A DNA stretch of 64,000 bases from Escherichia coli (GCF_003790525.1 NZ_CP033635.1), one strand, 5' to 3'. Positions 26,905 through 37,938 are shown, counted from the stretch's first letter. Notes: generated by a model from the sequence alone, not told the origin. A program made the numbers and translations.

Positions 26905-29753
26905 TGACATTCTCGCTTTTCAGACGCCGTGAGGAAAAAGGTACAGCAGAGACCAGGGAACGACCGGAAGCAGAAGCGGGGGCATCTTCATCGGCCTTTG
27001 TTCCGCCCTGTCCTCCGGGGGCACAGCCCCTGCGACGTCCGGGACAGATGACCCGTGATGCTGAGGCGGCGGTTTATCATGCCGGTCCGTCGGTTATTGA
27101 TTTTCTGCCATGGGTGGAATATCTGGATGAGGAGCAGTGTCTGCTGCTTGACGACGGGGTGTCGGTGGGAGCGGTCTATTCGGTGACGCCGGCCGCAACG
27201 GAAGGGCGTACGGAAGAGCGCCTGGCGCAAATCAGGGACATGGTGGAGGATGCCCTCCAGGACAGTTTTGATGAGTACGACACGCATCCCTGGGTGGTGC
27301 AGTTCTACTGTCAGGATGAAAATGATGTGGATGCGTACCTAGACTATCTGAAGGGGTATGTGAAACCCCACGCGCAGGGAACGGCATTCACGGAGGCCTG
27401 GCTGGGTGAAATGGCCCGCCATCTCAGGGGGATTGCCCGTCCTGAGGGACTGTTTACGGACACCCTGGTCACCGGTCAGCCCTGGCGGGGACAGCAGCGA
27501 CGAACCCGGATGGTGGTTTACCGTCGTATCGGGAAGAACAATAACGATCCGATGTCGCCGGTGGCGATGCTGAACCAGGTCTGCGACCGCGTGGTGTCCG
27601 CACTGGGTGGAGCCGGTATCCGCTGTACCCGGATGAACGGTCAGCAGGTGCACAGCTGGCTGCTGCGGTTATTTAATCCGGCACCGGACTGGATTGCCCG
27701 TGAAGAGCTGTACCGGATGGCCTCACGGGTTGATCCGCGTGAGCGTGGTGATGATGTGATGCCGGTGATGACGGATTTTGCCGAGAGCCTGTGGTTTAAC
27801 CCGCCGTATTCCGATCCGGAGAACGGGGTGTGGTGGCTGGACGCCATGCCGCACTGTGCCGTGGTGGTGGAAAAGCTGCGTACGCCGCCGGAGCCGGGGA
27901 CCATCACCGGAGAGATGCCCCGTGGGGAAAAAACGGTGAATGCGCTGATGGACACCTTTCCGGAGGGAACGGTGATGTGCATGACCATCGTGGTGCAGCC
28001 CCAGGACACCCTGGAGGACCGTTTCACCCGGCTGTCGAAAAATGCGGTGGGTGAGAACACGGAATCCATCCGGGCGCGTCAGGACGTGAAGGTGGTGAAG
28101 GAGCTGCTGGGGAACCGGCACAAGCTGTACCGGGCAGGGCTCACCTTTCTTCTGCGGGCAGAGGATATGGACAGCCTGAAACGCCGGCGTGTGGAGCTGA
28201 CCACGGTGCTTCTGGGGGCTGGTCTGCAGCCGGTGCGGCCTGAGTTTGACGTGGGGCCGCTGAACAGCTGGCTGCGGGCGCTGCCGATGTGTTTTGATCC
28301 GGATACGGACAAAAAGCAGTGGTACACGCGTCTGATGTGGGTACAGCACATGGCAGGATTGTTGCCGGTGACCGGCCGGGATACGGGGACCGGACATCCG
28401 GGGTTCAGTTTTTTTAACCGGGGTGGTGATGTGCTGACTTTCGATCCGCTGAACAAGCTGGACCGTACCCAGAACGCGCATCTGCTGCTGTTCGGACCAA
28501 CGGGGGCCGGTAAATCGGCCACGCTGTGTGCTTCACTGTCGCAGGTGATGGCAGTACACCGTCCCCGCCTGTTCATTGCCGAAGCGGGGAACTCGTTTGG
28601 TCTGCTGGCCGATTATTTTGAGAGTCTCGGGCTGTCGGTGAACAAAATCAGCGTCAGACCGGGAACCGGTGTGACCCTGCCGCCGTTTGCAGATGCGCAT
28701 AAACTGGTTGAGGAAGGGCAGGATCTGCAGTGCGTGGATGAGCACTCACTGCCTGATATTGAGGATGAAGCCGGGGATGAAGGGGAGGATAAACGAGACA
28801 TTCTGGGCGAGATGGAAATCTCAGCCAGGATGATGATCACCGGGGGGGACCCGAAAGAAGAGGCCGCGCTGAAGCGTGCGGACAGGGCGATGATCCGCGA
28901 GGCGCTGCTGATGGCCACACACCGGACATACCGTGAGGGGCGGCAGATGCTGCCGGAGGATTTGCAGTCCGCCCTGTGGGAGATCTCCCGTGACAGCAGC
29001 CGTAACGATGTGCGCAATGCAAAGGCGGCGGAGATGGCGGAGTCTCTGGGGATGTTCACCCAGAAGGGGAGTTTTGAGGCGGAGTTGTTCAACCGCGAGG
29101 GCGAACTGTGGCCGGAAGCGGATGTGACGCTGATTGACCTGGGGCATCTGGCCCGTGAGGGGTATGAGGCACAGATGGCGCTGACCATGGTGTCGATGAC
29201 CAACATGATCAATAACATTGCCGAACGTGATCAGTATCTGGGGCGTGACATCGTGTTTGCGGTGGATGAGGCGCATATCGTGACGGTCAATCCGCTGCTT
29301 TCGCCGTACATGACGAAGGTTGTGAAGATGTGGCGTAAGCTGGGAGCGTGGCTGTGGCTGGCGACACAGAACCTGAAGGATTATCCGGATGTGTCGGAGA
29401 AGATGCTGAATATGGCGGAATGGTGGGTGTGTCTGACGATGCCACCGGAGGAAGTGAACAACATTGCACGCTTTAAATCACTGACGGAGGAGCAGAAAGC
29501 GGTGCTGATGTCGGCGAGTAAGCTGTCCGGCTGTTATACCGAAGGCGTGGTGCTGGCGAAGCAGATTGAGGCGCTGTTCCGTGCGGTGCCGCCAAGTCTC
29601 TATCTGGCGCTGGGCATGACGGAGAAGGAGGAGAAGGCTGAGCGGCGTATGCTGATGAAGGAACACCAGTGCAGCGAACTGGAGGCTGCGTTCCATGTGG
29701 CGCGTAAGCTGGACAGGCTGCGTGGTCTGTCGGCCATGGAGGCGGAGGTATGA
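26904..29753 (+). CDS. conjugative transfer ATPase (VirB4/TraC-like)
   Basis: 949-aa ORF; Walker A GPTGAGKS; Walker B-like IVFAVDEAH. Confidence 0.85.
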   Translation: MTFSLFRRREEKGTAETRERPEAEAGASSSAFVPPCPPGAQPLRRPGQMTRDAEAAVYHAGPSVIDFLPWVEYLDEEQCLLLDDGVSVGAVYSVTPAATEGRTEERLAQIRDMVEDALQDSFDEYDTHPWVVQFYCQDENDVDAYLDYLKGYVKPHAQGTAFTEAWLGEMARHLRGIARPEGLFTDTLVTGQPWRGQQRRTRMVVYRRIGKNNNDPMSPVAMLNQVCDRVVSALGGAGIRCTRMNGQQVHSWLLRLFNPAPDWIAREELYRMASRVDPRERGDDVMPVMTDFAESLWFNPPYSDPENGVWWLDAMPHCAVVVEKLRTPPEPGTITGEMPRGEKTVNALMDTFPEGTVMCMTIVVQPQDTLEDRFTRLSKNAVGENTESIRARQDVKVVKELLGNRHKLYRAGLTFLLRAEDMDSLKRRRVELTTVLLGAGLQPVRPEFDVGPLNSWLRALPMCFDPDTDKKQWYTRLMWVQHMAGLLPVTGRDTGTGHPGFSFFNRGGDVLTFDPLNKLDRTQNAHLLLFGPTGAGKSATLCASLSQVMAVHRPRLFIAEAGNSFGLLADYFESLGLSVNKISVRPGTGVTLPPFADAHKLVEEGQDLQCVDEHSLPDIEDEAGDEGEDKRDILGEMEISARMMITGGDPKEEAALKRADRAMIREALLMATHRTYREGRQMLPEDLQSALWEISRDSSRNDVRNAKAAEMAESLGMFTQKGSFEAELFNREGELWPEADVTLIDLGHLAREGYEAQMALTMVSMTNMINNIAERDQYLGRDIVFAVDEAHIVTVNPLLSPYMTKVVKMWRKLGAWLWLATQNLKDYPDVSEKMLNMAEWWVCLTMPPEEVNNIARFKSLTEEQKAVLMSASKLSGCYTEGVVLAKQIEALFRAVPPSLYLALGMTEKEEKAERRMLMKEHQCSELEAAFHVARKLDRLRGLSAMEAEV

Positions 29754-30136
29754 TGTGTCTGAAATACCCGAAACCGGAGGTGATGACAGAGGTCATGCCC
29801 GGGGGCAGCGTGTTTTTTCTGCCGCCGCAGGGAAAACCGGGTGTTGCGGATCTGGCGCAACCGCATCTGCAGCGCCTGCGGTCACAGCTTGAACGCAGGC
29901 TGGGTACGCTGCATCGTGTGGTGTGTCAGCCCCAGCGGGTGGGGCAGAGCAGCAGTGTGGCCGTGACAGCAGAAGGGGCGTGTGGCGAGGTGCATCTTCT
30001 GCTGACAGTAGGGGGGCATGAGAGCTGGCCCTCTGAAGAGGAATACCGGCATCCGCGCTGGTATATCCAGGTGGTGGATGCGGCCGATCTGTTCTACCTG
30101 CTGCTCTGGCTGTGTGATGGCGGGCAGGAAGCCTGA
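29750..30136 (+). CDS. hypothetical protein
   Basis: 128-aa ORF coupled to upstream ATPase gene. Confidence 0.35.
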   Translation: MMCLKYPKPEVMTEVMPGGSVFFLPPQGKPGVADLAQPHLQRLRSQLERRLGTLHRVVCQPQRVGQSSSVAVTAEGACGEVHLLLTVGGHESWPSEEEYRHPRWYIQVVDAADLFYLLLWLCDGGQEA

Positions 30137-30509
30137 AAAAACTGCCGCTACTGGCAACTGTGTCGTGGTGGCATGTTACTGGCAGGTGGTTTACGGAGTA
30201 TGGGCCCAATTCTGGCCTGCCGGAACATGCCCTTATAACCTTTAACACAGCGGTTACATAAAAAACAATGTCTTTTATGCACAGCAGTATTATGGCTGAA
30301 AGTGAAATAAAAGCGCGATATTATACTGCTTCGCGTCCGGTTGTCATTATCATGGATAGTGCGTTATGTTTATAAAGGCGTGACGGACGCTTAATTCTCA
30401 CGCAACGCACCCCTCTTAAATTTTCAGTTTCCGGTTTTGAATTTATTGCTGCTATTGGTGCTGCTTATGCGCACGCTGTAAGTCGGATATTGTCTGACGG
30501 AGGCGTACA

Positions 30510-30905
30510 ATGTACCGGATTTTCTGTTCCCTGTTTTTCCTGCCGCTGGCAGCGTCTGCTGGCACAACAATTTATACCGATTCTCAGCACCTCCCCGTTA
30601 ATACTCCCGATGGTGTCAGGGTGGTTCTGCTGGATGCACCGGAGCAGCTTCAGAACCGCTTTTTTGGCTCGTTGCCTGCTGATGCGGATAAGGCTGAAGC
30701 GCTGGTCAGGGCACGTATGCAGTCTCCCGAATGGCAGATGATGCAGGCGGAACTGGCTGCTCATTACCGCGATGTGGCACATGCCTGGTCGCTGGGCGTG
30801 AAGAAATATCCTGCCGTGGTGTTTGATGACAGTGAGGTGGTTTACGGCACCACTGATGTGGTGGTGGCCGGGAAACTCCGTACTGAGGGAGGAGTGCAGC
30901 CATGA
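30510..30905 (+). CDS. conserved ICE periplasmic protein
   Basis: Signal peptide; follows a ~370-bp AT-rich intergenic region (likely promoter). Confidence 0.45.
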   Translation: MYRIFCSLFFLPLAASAGTTIYTDSQHLPVNTPDGVRVVLLDAPEQLQNRFFGSLPADADKAEALVRARMQSPEWQMMQAELAAHYRDVAHAWSLGVKKYPAVVFDDSEVVYGTTDVVVAGKLRTEGGVQP

Positions 30906-31876
30906 TATCCCTGAAAGGTCGTCTGCGTGCCGGCGCGCTGTTACTGAGTGTGGCATCACTGCCTCTGGCGTCTGCGTCACTGAATACTGCCAGCATTATC
31001 GCCAGCGCGGCGGCACCGGACTGTATCAGCTGGCGTGTCAGCGGGATTTGTTACTGGCTTTACTGCAGCGCGTTTGGCTGCAAGGTCAGAACCTCCGTGA
31101 AGGTGACGCATTTCATCCCGGAAGTGGTTGTTTCCACCTATACGGCACCGGGTGGTAATCCCTGGAAAGAGATGTCGCTGGTCAGCCGGACGGCAGGTGG
31201 CCCGGAGAATGCCATCACTGACGGTCTGTCCGGACTGAGTGCCGGCGGGGGAAATCCGGCGGATATGAAAGCACAGGGAGAGCGGCGTTCAGCCATTCGC
31301 TTCAAATACGCAGATGCGCTGGGGCATCCGGCCACACAGATTATCGGCAGGATGGTGCCCGGATTCAGCTGTGATTCACCGGTGACGCCGGCCATGCCCT
31401 ATTTCCTGAGTACCCTGGACAGCATCGTCTGGCGAACGGGATTACCTGAATCCCTGTATCCCGAAGCACTGGTTCCCGGCAAACGCGAGATTGGCAGCCA
31501 GGCCGATAAAAACATGTGGGGGAGTGTTTATCCAAGAAGCGGTTTTGTGATGCAGACCGATGATGACCGGGCCGCGGCGGTGGTGGCCCAGCGGGTGGCC
31601 GACATTATCACGCGGACGGGGGAGCCGCATGTCTACAGGGAGGTGAAGGGCGTGAAACGTGACGGCTACTGGCCCCCGGAGGCGGTGGAGGAAAACACCG
31701 GCACCCGCAATCACAAATGGCAGCGACTGACGCCGTCAGTGTCGCGTTCCTGTGCCGTTTTCCCGGATGGTGAACACCAGGCAGCGGAGAACGGTAATGC
31801 CGCCTTTGCACTGTGGCAGCCCTACAGTTGCTGCAAAAAGCGCGGGCAGCGATTCCTTGGCAGTACGAATTTTTAA
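30902..31876 (+). CDS. conserved ICE periplasmic protein (TraU-like)
   Basis: Signal peptide; conserved Cys residues. Confidence 0.4.
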   Translation: MISLKGRLRAGALLLSVASLPLASASLNTASIIASAAAPDCISWRVSGICYWLYCSAFGCKVRTSVKVTHFIPEVVVSTYTAPGGNPWKEMSLVSRTAGGPENAITDGLSGLSAGGGNPADMKAQGERRSAIRFKYADALGHPATQIIGRMVPGFSCDSPVTPAMPYFLSTLDSIVWRTGLPESLYPEALVPGKREIGSQADKNMWGSVYPRSGFVMQTDDDRAAAVVAQRVADIITRTGEPHVYREVKGVKRDGYWPPEAVEENTGTRNHKWQRLTPSVSRSCAVFPDGEHQAAENGNAAFALWQPYSCCKKRGQRFLGSTNF

Positions 31877-31885
31877 GGAACCATA

Positions 31886-33304
31886 ATGATGAAGATGAAA
31901 ACAGGTGTGGTGGCACTGAGTGTGATGCTGTGCTGCAGTACTCCGGTGATGGCTGATCTTCTTTCCCTGCCGAAACTGAATGACAGCACGTTCGGTTACG
32001 GGAAATCCGTGGATGGCGCCGTATCTGACAAACTGTTCTATACGCTGGGTGGCGGCTCGGTGATCTCCCAGCCAGCCACGCGCAGCAACATGCAGAAGCT
32101 GGGTATGGACCTGGGCTGGAGCAGCGATCTGATGTGCGGCAACTTTGACCTGAAGACCACGGTGGGTAATCAGCTTAACGGCGTGACCGAAGGTTTTAAA
32201 AATCTGATGGGGGATGTGATTCAGGGGGCGACCGGCGCCGTTGCCAGTCTGCCGGCGATGGTGATACAGCGTGCCAATCCCGGCCTGTACGACATGATCA
32301 CCAACGGTGTGCTGCAGGCGAATGTGGCTTTCGACAAGGCGCAACTGAACTGCCAGAACATGGCAAAACGGATGATGGACTTTTCTGATCGCAGCAAATG
32401 GACGCAGGCTGCGATGCTGGAAGAGTACAAGAAGGTGGTGAACAGCGGTGACGGCGATGCGGTGAAAGGGGATGAGGCCGGGCGTCAGGCCACCGGGAAG
32501 GAGGGTAAGAAATGGATTGGCGGACAGCAGCGTGGCGGGGCAGGTCAGCCCGCCATCCGGCCGGTGCATGATCTGACAGCGGCCGGGTTTAACATGATGA
32601 ACGGTCTGCCCGTGACCAGTACGGCCAGCGTCAGTGCCGGCAACTGTAACGGCAGCGCCTGTGAGATGTTCCGGAATGCAGAAGAGGCCGCGAAGGCGGT
32701 GGTGAAGGTGCTGGGTGATCGTACCATGCGCACCTGTACGGATGCGAAGGCCTGTACCAGCGGGGATAATGAACAGCAGCAGGGAACCGTTGCAGGAACG
32801 GGGTTTGCGCCGGTGCTGGAAGAGGCGACCCGGGTGAACACGGAACAACTGGTCCGTCTGGTGAATGGTCAGGAGAAACCCACCGCGGAGAATCTGGCAA
32901 AACTGAAAACCGGCAGTCTGGCTGTCTCTGCAGGGGTGATCAATGCCCTGCGTCGTGACCCGGACAATATGTCCCTGACATCGCGGCTGGCGGGAGAACT
33001 GGCGATGGCGCATACCGTGGAAACGGCTCTGGTGATGCGCAGAATGCTGCTCACCGGGATGTCTGAGCCGTATGCGGCCGCAGAAGATGCCGCGATTCAG
33101 GAAGGCGACCGGCGTATCGCTTCACTGGACAGGGAAATCATGGCGCTGAAGAACGAGATGGAGCTGAAACGCGATCTGGCACGTAACAGCGTGCTGACCA
33201 TCATTGAACGCGACAATGAGCGCGTGGGCAGCAACCCGATGATCCAGCCTGCAGACAATACTGACAGTCGTGTCCGGGCACTGGAAACTCCGGACGGGGA
33301 GTAA
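31886..33304 (+). CDS. conserved ICE periplasmic protein
   Basis: Signal peptide MMKMKTGVVALSVMLCC; coiled-coil C-terminus. Confidence 0.45.
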   Translation: MMKMKTGVVALSVMLCCSTPVMADLLSLPKLNDSTFGYGKSVDGAVSDKLFYTLGGGSVISQPATRSNMQKLGMDLGWSSDLMCGNFDLKTTVGNQLNGVTEGFKNLMGDVIQGATGAVASLPAMVIQRANPGLYDMITNGVLQANVAFDKAQLNCQNMAKRMMDFSDRSKWTQAAMLEEYKKVVNSGDGDAVKGDEAGRQATGKEGKKWIGGQQRGGAGQPAIRPVHDLTAAGFNMMNGLPVTSTASVSAGNCNGSACEMFRNAEEAAKAVVKVLGDRTMRTCTDAKACTSGDNEQQQGTVAGTGFAPVLEEATRVNTEQLVRLVNGQEKPTAENLAKLKTGSLAVSAGVINALRRDPDNMSLTSRLAGELAMAHTVETALVMRRMLLTGMSEPYAAAEDAAIQEGDRRIASLDREIMALKNEMELKRDLARNSVLTIIERDNERVGSNPMIQPADNTDSRVRALETPDGE

Positions 33305-33308
33305 GCGT

Positions 33309-33668
33309 ATGGCGATGACTCAGGGGACAAAAGCGGGGCTGGTCCTGAAGGGCATTAAGGTGGCCGGCATGTGGCTGTCGGGCCTTATTGCCATGATGAT
33401 TCTGGCCCTCCTGGTGGCTGATACGGGCATGCGGCATACGCAGGAAGTGGAAGCATTACGGCTCTGGCTCCACGAGACACGTTTCGGATGGCTGGGGTGG
33501 CGGGTGTGCCTCTACGGTGCGCTGGCATGGGGATGCCGGAAAATCTGGCGTGCGCCGGGGTTCAGACCGGAATACCGCCGTCCCTTTGCGCGGATTTGTC
33601 TGGTCAGTGCTCTGTTTGCGTTACTTTGCGAGTACAGCATTTTTTTCGGACCGGGGGCTGAACTGTGA
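33309..33668 (+). CDS. conserved ICE membrane protein
   Basis: ATG 33309 preceded by GGGGAG; two TM helices. Confidence 0.4.
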   Translation: MAMTQGTKAGLVLKGIKVAGMWLSGLIAMMILALLVADTGMRHTQEVEALRLWLHETRFGWLGWRVCLYGALAWGCRKIWRAPGFRPEYRRPFARICLVSALFALLCEYSIFFGPGAEL

Positions 33669-35173
33669 CCACGAATAACTATCTGGAACACTTTCTGACC
33701 CTGCTGGGCTGGCTGGTGAATAACGGCCTGTGGGATCTGCTGACGGGGACGGGGCTGTTTGCCCTGCCACTGGCCTTCAGGGTTATCGGGATCTGGCTGA
33801 AAGTGCGGGAAGAGGGGGCGGATGAGGGAAATAAAGGGATGCTCTCACTGCCCCGCATTGAGCATGCCCTGTATGGTGCATTTTTTGTGATGGTGGCCTG
33901 CTGTGTGCCGCTGGTACAGGTGACGCTGGACACGCTGAAATTTGATCGCAGCCGTGCCCAGACCTGCGGTGTGTGGACACCGAAAGCACCCGGTGATACC
34001 GGGTACAGCGGGGTGATCAGCAGCCTGGGTGACAGGACAGCGGCCGCCCCGGTGTGGTGGGTGGTGGTGCATAAACTCTCCAAAGGTGTGACGCAGGCTG
34101 CTGTGGCGTCCATTCCCTGCCGGCCGGATATACGGCAACTGCGTTTTGAGGTGCAGCGGACATTCATTGCGAACCGGGCGCTGGCCGACGAGCTGCAGGA
34201 CTTCACCAACGACTGTTACTCGCTGGCGCTGTATCAGTGGAAGCAGCGTGACCAGGGGATGACGAAGGACAGGAAGCTGCTTTCGGATATCAGCTGGATT
34301 GGCAGCAGTACGTTCATGCAGGGTGACTACGGGACACTGCAGTCGAAAATGCCACGTGCGGCATTCCCGTGGAATAGCGCCCGTGACAGCGGCCGTCCGG
34401 ATACGGGACGGGGGGGTTATCCCACATGCCGTGAATGGTGGAGTGACAGTAGTGTCGGGCTGAAGAAGCGGGTGACAGAGGAAGTTGATGAAGGACTGTG
34501 GTTACGTATTTCGGCGGCAATGAAAATGCTGGGGAACGCGCAGGCGAACTACCAGGAGGAAATCATCAAACGTCTGGTGAGTCCGGCGAACCTGACCCTG
34601 TCACAGGGGGGTGAGGTGTACCGTGGCTATGGCGGTAATGCAGATATGACGGCGGCGAATGCGGTCACGCGTGCAGCAGGCACGGCGGGTTCTGCCGTTG
34701 CTAGTCTGGCAGCGTTTCCGGCGTTTGATGCGATGCGGCAGGCGCTGCCGATGGTGCAGAGTATTCTGCTGATGGCGGTGTATATCATGCTCCCGTTGAT
34801 TCTGGCGTTTGCGGCGTATGAATTCAGCACGCTGATCACACTGACGTTTGTGGTGTTTGCACTGAATTTTCTGACGTTCTGGTGGGAGCTGGCGCGGTGG
34901 CTTGACAGCTGGATGCTGACGGCCTTGTACAGTTCGGACACGCATTCCCGAGTGAACATGATGGGGCTGCAGAATACGTCGGACGATATCATCATGAATT
35001 TTGTGATGGGCACGATGTTTATTGTATTGCCTACAGTATGGCTCGGAGCGTTAACATGGGCAGGGATTAGTGTTGGAAGTATTGGAGCAGCTATTGGCAA
35101 AGGTGTATCTGACGCACAACAAGCAGGAAAACAGGAAGGAAATATTGTCAATTTATTAAGTAGGAAAAAATAA
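33665..35173 (+). CDS. traG: TraG-like conjugal transfer membrane protein
   Basis: 502-aa polytopic membrane protein; last gene of the contiguous T4SS string. Confidence 0.65.
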   Translation: MTTNNYLEHFLTLLGWLVNNGLWDLLTGTGLFALPLAFRVIGIWLKVREEGADEGNKGMLSLPRIEHALYGAFFVMVACCVPLVQVTLDTLKFDRSRAQTCGVWTPKAPGDTGYSGVISSLGDRTAAAPVWWVVVHKLSKGVTQAAVASIPCRPDIRQLRFEVQRTFIANRALADELQDFTNDCYSLALYQWKQRDQGMTKDRKLLSDISWIGSSTFMQGDYGTLQSKMPRAAFPWNSARDSGRPDTGRGGYPTCREWWSDSSVGLKKRVTEEVDEGLWLRISAAMKMLGNAQANYQEEIIKRLVSPANLTLSQGGEVYRGYGGNADMTAANAVTRAAGTAGSAVASLAAFPAFDAMRQALPMVQSILLMAVYIMLPLILAFAAYEFSTLITLTFVVFALNFLTFWWELARWLDSWMLTALYSSDTHSRVNMMGLQNTSDDIIMNFVMGTMFIVLPTVWLGALTWAGISVGSIGAAIGKGVSDAQQAGKQEGNIVNLLSRKK

Positions 35174-35221
35174 ACAAGCTTTCAGCAGGAGGAGAATAAT
35201 AATTGCTTCTCCTGCTGAATA

Positions 35222-35467
35222 TTAATATCGATCGTATGAATTAACGATGTTGATGGGACCACCTTTTGATTCAATCCAGCCCTCGCTATCTCCATATGAC
35301 CGGATTTTTACAAGTTCAATATCGTTCTTGTTTTTTTCATTGCAAGTAGAGTCTGGTCCAGCGTTAGACAAAACCGCGCAAACAGCTTTTTTCAGCAGAG
35401 AGCTGAAAGTCCATGGGGTATCAGAGGTTTTGCAACTCCACATTGCTTTTTCTGTTTCATTGGTCAT
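35222..35467 (-). CDS. hypothetical small protein
   Basis: 81-aa ORF with AGGAGG RBS 6 nt upstream. Confidence 0.4.
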   Translation of the reverse strand: MTNETEKAMWSCKTSDTPWTFSSLLKKAVCAVLSNAGPDSTCNEKNKNDIELVKIRSYGDSEGWIESKGGPINIVNSYDRY

Positions 35468-35765
35468 CGCGTGCCTCCTGTAAGTGGATAATCATCCTGG
35501 TACTATCATACGTGTTGTATGATAAATGTTCAATGCTTGCGAATCCAGGTGTAATTGTCTGATTTTGCTCTTCCATTTGTACAGTTTGTGATGTGGGGCC
35601 GGACATGTCTCAGCATGTCACAATAGCTCCAGAAACTGCCGTCTCATCGTTACTGAACATAGTGTGATTAATTTTTAAAAATGTGAAAAGAATAATCTCT
35701 CTTTTTAGTCGTCCGGCTATGTCTTATATTCTCCCTGAATCAAACCCTGTATCAGGAGAAGCTGA

Positions 35766-36338
35766 ATGAAAATATCAAAACTGGTTGTTGTGGCTACAGT
35801 ATGCTCCACGCTGAGTGCATGTTCCGTGGAAGAGATGGCTGCTGTGAACAAGAAAATCAGTGACGGTGCATTTGCTGTGACGAAAGCGCTCAATGGGGGA
35901 ACGGGCGACGCGGATAATGGTATGCCGATCCTTAACAAGCAATTGCCGCCGGAGCAGGATAAACGCGAAAATGTTATTGATGTCCCTGTTGATGTGGATA
36001 CCGCAGCAGGCCGACTGAAACGCTATTACAAGTTTTACTCGAATGATGAGGTAAATGCGATCCGCAATAACGGCACAACTGACGGAAAATGGCAGGCAAG
36101 TGCGATTATTGACAATGGGCATATCTGGGATGCGATGCCGGGCAGTTACTACAAAATGGGAGGAAACTGGCGTAAAGGCAGCTTTGATGATCACCTGACG
36201 ATTGAGGTGGAAAAGAACGGTAAGGGAAGCCGGGTCTATATCACCTATGCTTCAGCTTCTCAGGCGCATTTGCAGGCAAGTTCTCTTGAGCCTCTGTTTA
36301 AGCGAGTGAAGGATGTGGCTGAAGGAAAGGTTCGTTGA
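35766..36338 (+). CDS. hypothetical lipoprotein
   Basis: Signal peptide with lipobox LSAC; AGGAGAAG RBS. Confidence 0.5.
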   Translation: MKISKLVVVATVCSTLSACSVEEMAAVNKKISDGAFAVTKALNGGTGDADNGMPILNKQLPPEQDKRENVIDVPVDVDTAAGRLKRYYKFYSNDEVNAIRNNGTTDGKWQASAIIDNGHIWDAMPGSYYKMGGNWRKGSFDDHLTIEVEKNGKGSRVYITYASASQAHLQASSLEPLFKRVKDVAEGKVR

Positions 36339-36562
36339 TGAGCACGCCACGGGCAAGCCCTTATGGCTAAAGGAGAGGGAGATTGCCCGTGGCGGCCCAC
36401 TTTTTTTAATCATTTTTTTACCATGTTGTCCAGTATTTTTACATAAGTGAAACATCTGGTGTTGTTTTCTGTTCATCGTGCTGGAAGTTACAGGGCTTGT
36501 AATTGAACGGGGAGAGATGTAATTTACGTGCGCAAAAATTTTACTCAAGGGGGAGAAAACCG

Positions 36563-36826
36563 ATGAAACCGAATATCCATCCTGAATACCGTACTGTGGT
36601 GTTCCACGATACCAGTATCGATGAGTACTATAAAATTGGTTCGACCATCAAGACTGAACGTGTGATTGAGCTTGATGGTGTCACCTATCCGTACGTAACA
36701 ATTGATGTTTCCTCTAAGTCGCATCCTTTCTACACTGGCAAACTGAGAACTGTTGCTTCAGAAGGTAACGTGGCGCGCTTTAACCAGCGTTTCGGTCGTT
36801 TTGTTGACACCAAAAAAGGCGCATGA
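36563..36826 (+). CDS. rpmE2: 50S ribosomal protein L31 type B (zinc-independent paralog)
   Basis: [18 protein letters not shown]...[19 protein letters not shown] matches YkgM-type L31; in frame within track ORF 36503..36826. Confidence 0.8.
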   Translation: MKPNIHPEYRTVVFHDTSIDEYYKIGSTIKTERVIELDGVTYPYVTIDVSSKSHPFYTGKLRTVASEGNVARFNQRFGRFVDTKKGA

Positions 36827-36949
36827 GCAGAAATCGATCACAGGCGCGATTGATATGGAAAGGTATTGCATGAGTGTCTGAGGTCGGTTATTTTACGTTT
36901 CACAAGAAAGAAGCACTTAAACAGAAACTCACAGTCCATATTCCTTCAT

Positions 36950-36972
36950 CCCCGGTTACGGGGATTTTTTTT
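36950..36972 (+). terminator. rho-independent terminator after rpmE2
   Basis: CCCCGG-UUAC-GGGG hairpin followed by T8 run. Confidence 0.5.
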
Positions 36973-37083
36973 AGCTGTTGTCTGGGGAGGGAAGGGGGCT
37001 GTGTCGGGCTGGGAGCTGTAAGGCTGCGATTGTCCGGGTGATGTCTGAACATGCGGTATGTTTGCGTTAAACAAGGGGGGAGT

Positions 37084-37272
37084 ATGTGGATACTGATTTT
37101 CTGGCTTTCAACACCATATTCAGTGTCATCCAGTGTTGCCAGACAACCAACGCTTGCTGTTCATTCTCAGGAGTTCGCCAGCGAAAGGGCCTGCAGGAAT
37201 GCGCTGGCTGAGATGAAGAAGGTGAATGTCGGAGAACTGACCCTGAGGGGGATCTGTGTCTCAAAAGAATAG
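37084..37272 (+). CDS. hypothetical small secreted protein
   Basis: MWILIFWLSTPYSVSS signal-like start inside track ORF 37051..37272. Confidence 0.3.
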   Translation: MWILIFWLSTPYSVSSSVARQPTLAVHSQEFASERACRNALAEMKKVNVGELTLRGICVSKE

Positions 37273-37602
37273 TGGGGTAGAGGGAGCGAACCAGGCTGTT
37301 TTATCAGGATGTGATTCTGGAGAGTCCGCTCGCCGCAGTCCGGCGACCGAACGGTAGTGAGCGAGCGGACGAGGAAGCGGAACGTCACAGTTCTTTCATA
37401 ATGCACCTACGCTGTGTGGTTACATGGGTAAAGGATGAATATCACCATTCTATATCTGTTTCTGAAAAACAGTTTCGCTTGTTGCCTGTCATTGCCGGCT
37501 GGCGTTAGCATACAGAGGCGGTATTATCCCCTGTGATATTACGGGTTATTTTGTTTTGCTCTGTAAGACCTGGCCAGCTATTATGCTGGCCTTTTTTGTG
37601 GT

Positions 37603-37938
37603 TTATTGTTCGCAGTCCAGCATTGCAAATAATTTTCGTTTCTGTTCCTTCACATACTCAACATCAACAGTACAATCCAGATAACTTAACTCATCTTCTG
37701 TCCAGGCATTGATGGATTCTTTTATTCGGTGTGTCACATCCGGTGTGAGTATGTCGCGCATTTTCTCAATGGTATCCCGGCTTATTTCTCCTCGTGGAGA
37801 TTCAAGCAGAGGAATTACTGCCTGATGTCCCGGAGGGAGTATAAGACGTAATTCATATTTAAGTGTTTCGTTGAGTAAACGACAGAAAGCACTGTATTTC
37901 TCTTTCCGGGTACTGTTCATCGTTTTATTCCTTCTCAT
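37603..37938 (-). CDS. hypothetical protein (AT-rich cassette)
   Basis: 111-aa ORF downstream of the membrane protein gene, same strand. Confidence 0.4.
   Translation of the reverse strand: MRRNKTMNSTRKEKYSAFCRLLNETLKYELRLILPPGHQAVIPLLESPRGEISRDTIEKMRDILTPDVTHRIKESINAWTEDELSYLDCTVDVEYVKEQKRKLFAMLDCEQ

Noticed and set aside
36826-36950. rpmJ2 (ykgO) downstream of rpmE2, and a Zur box upstream
   Set aside because: No ORF resembling the 46-aa L36 paralog follows ykgM (only a terminator), and I could not recognise a Zur-box palindrome upstream by eye; left unannotated.
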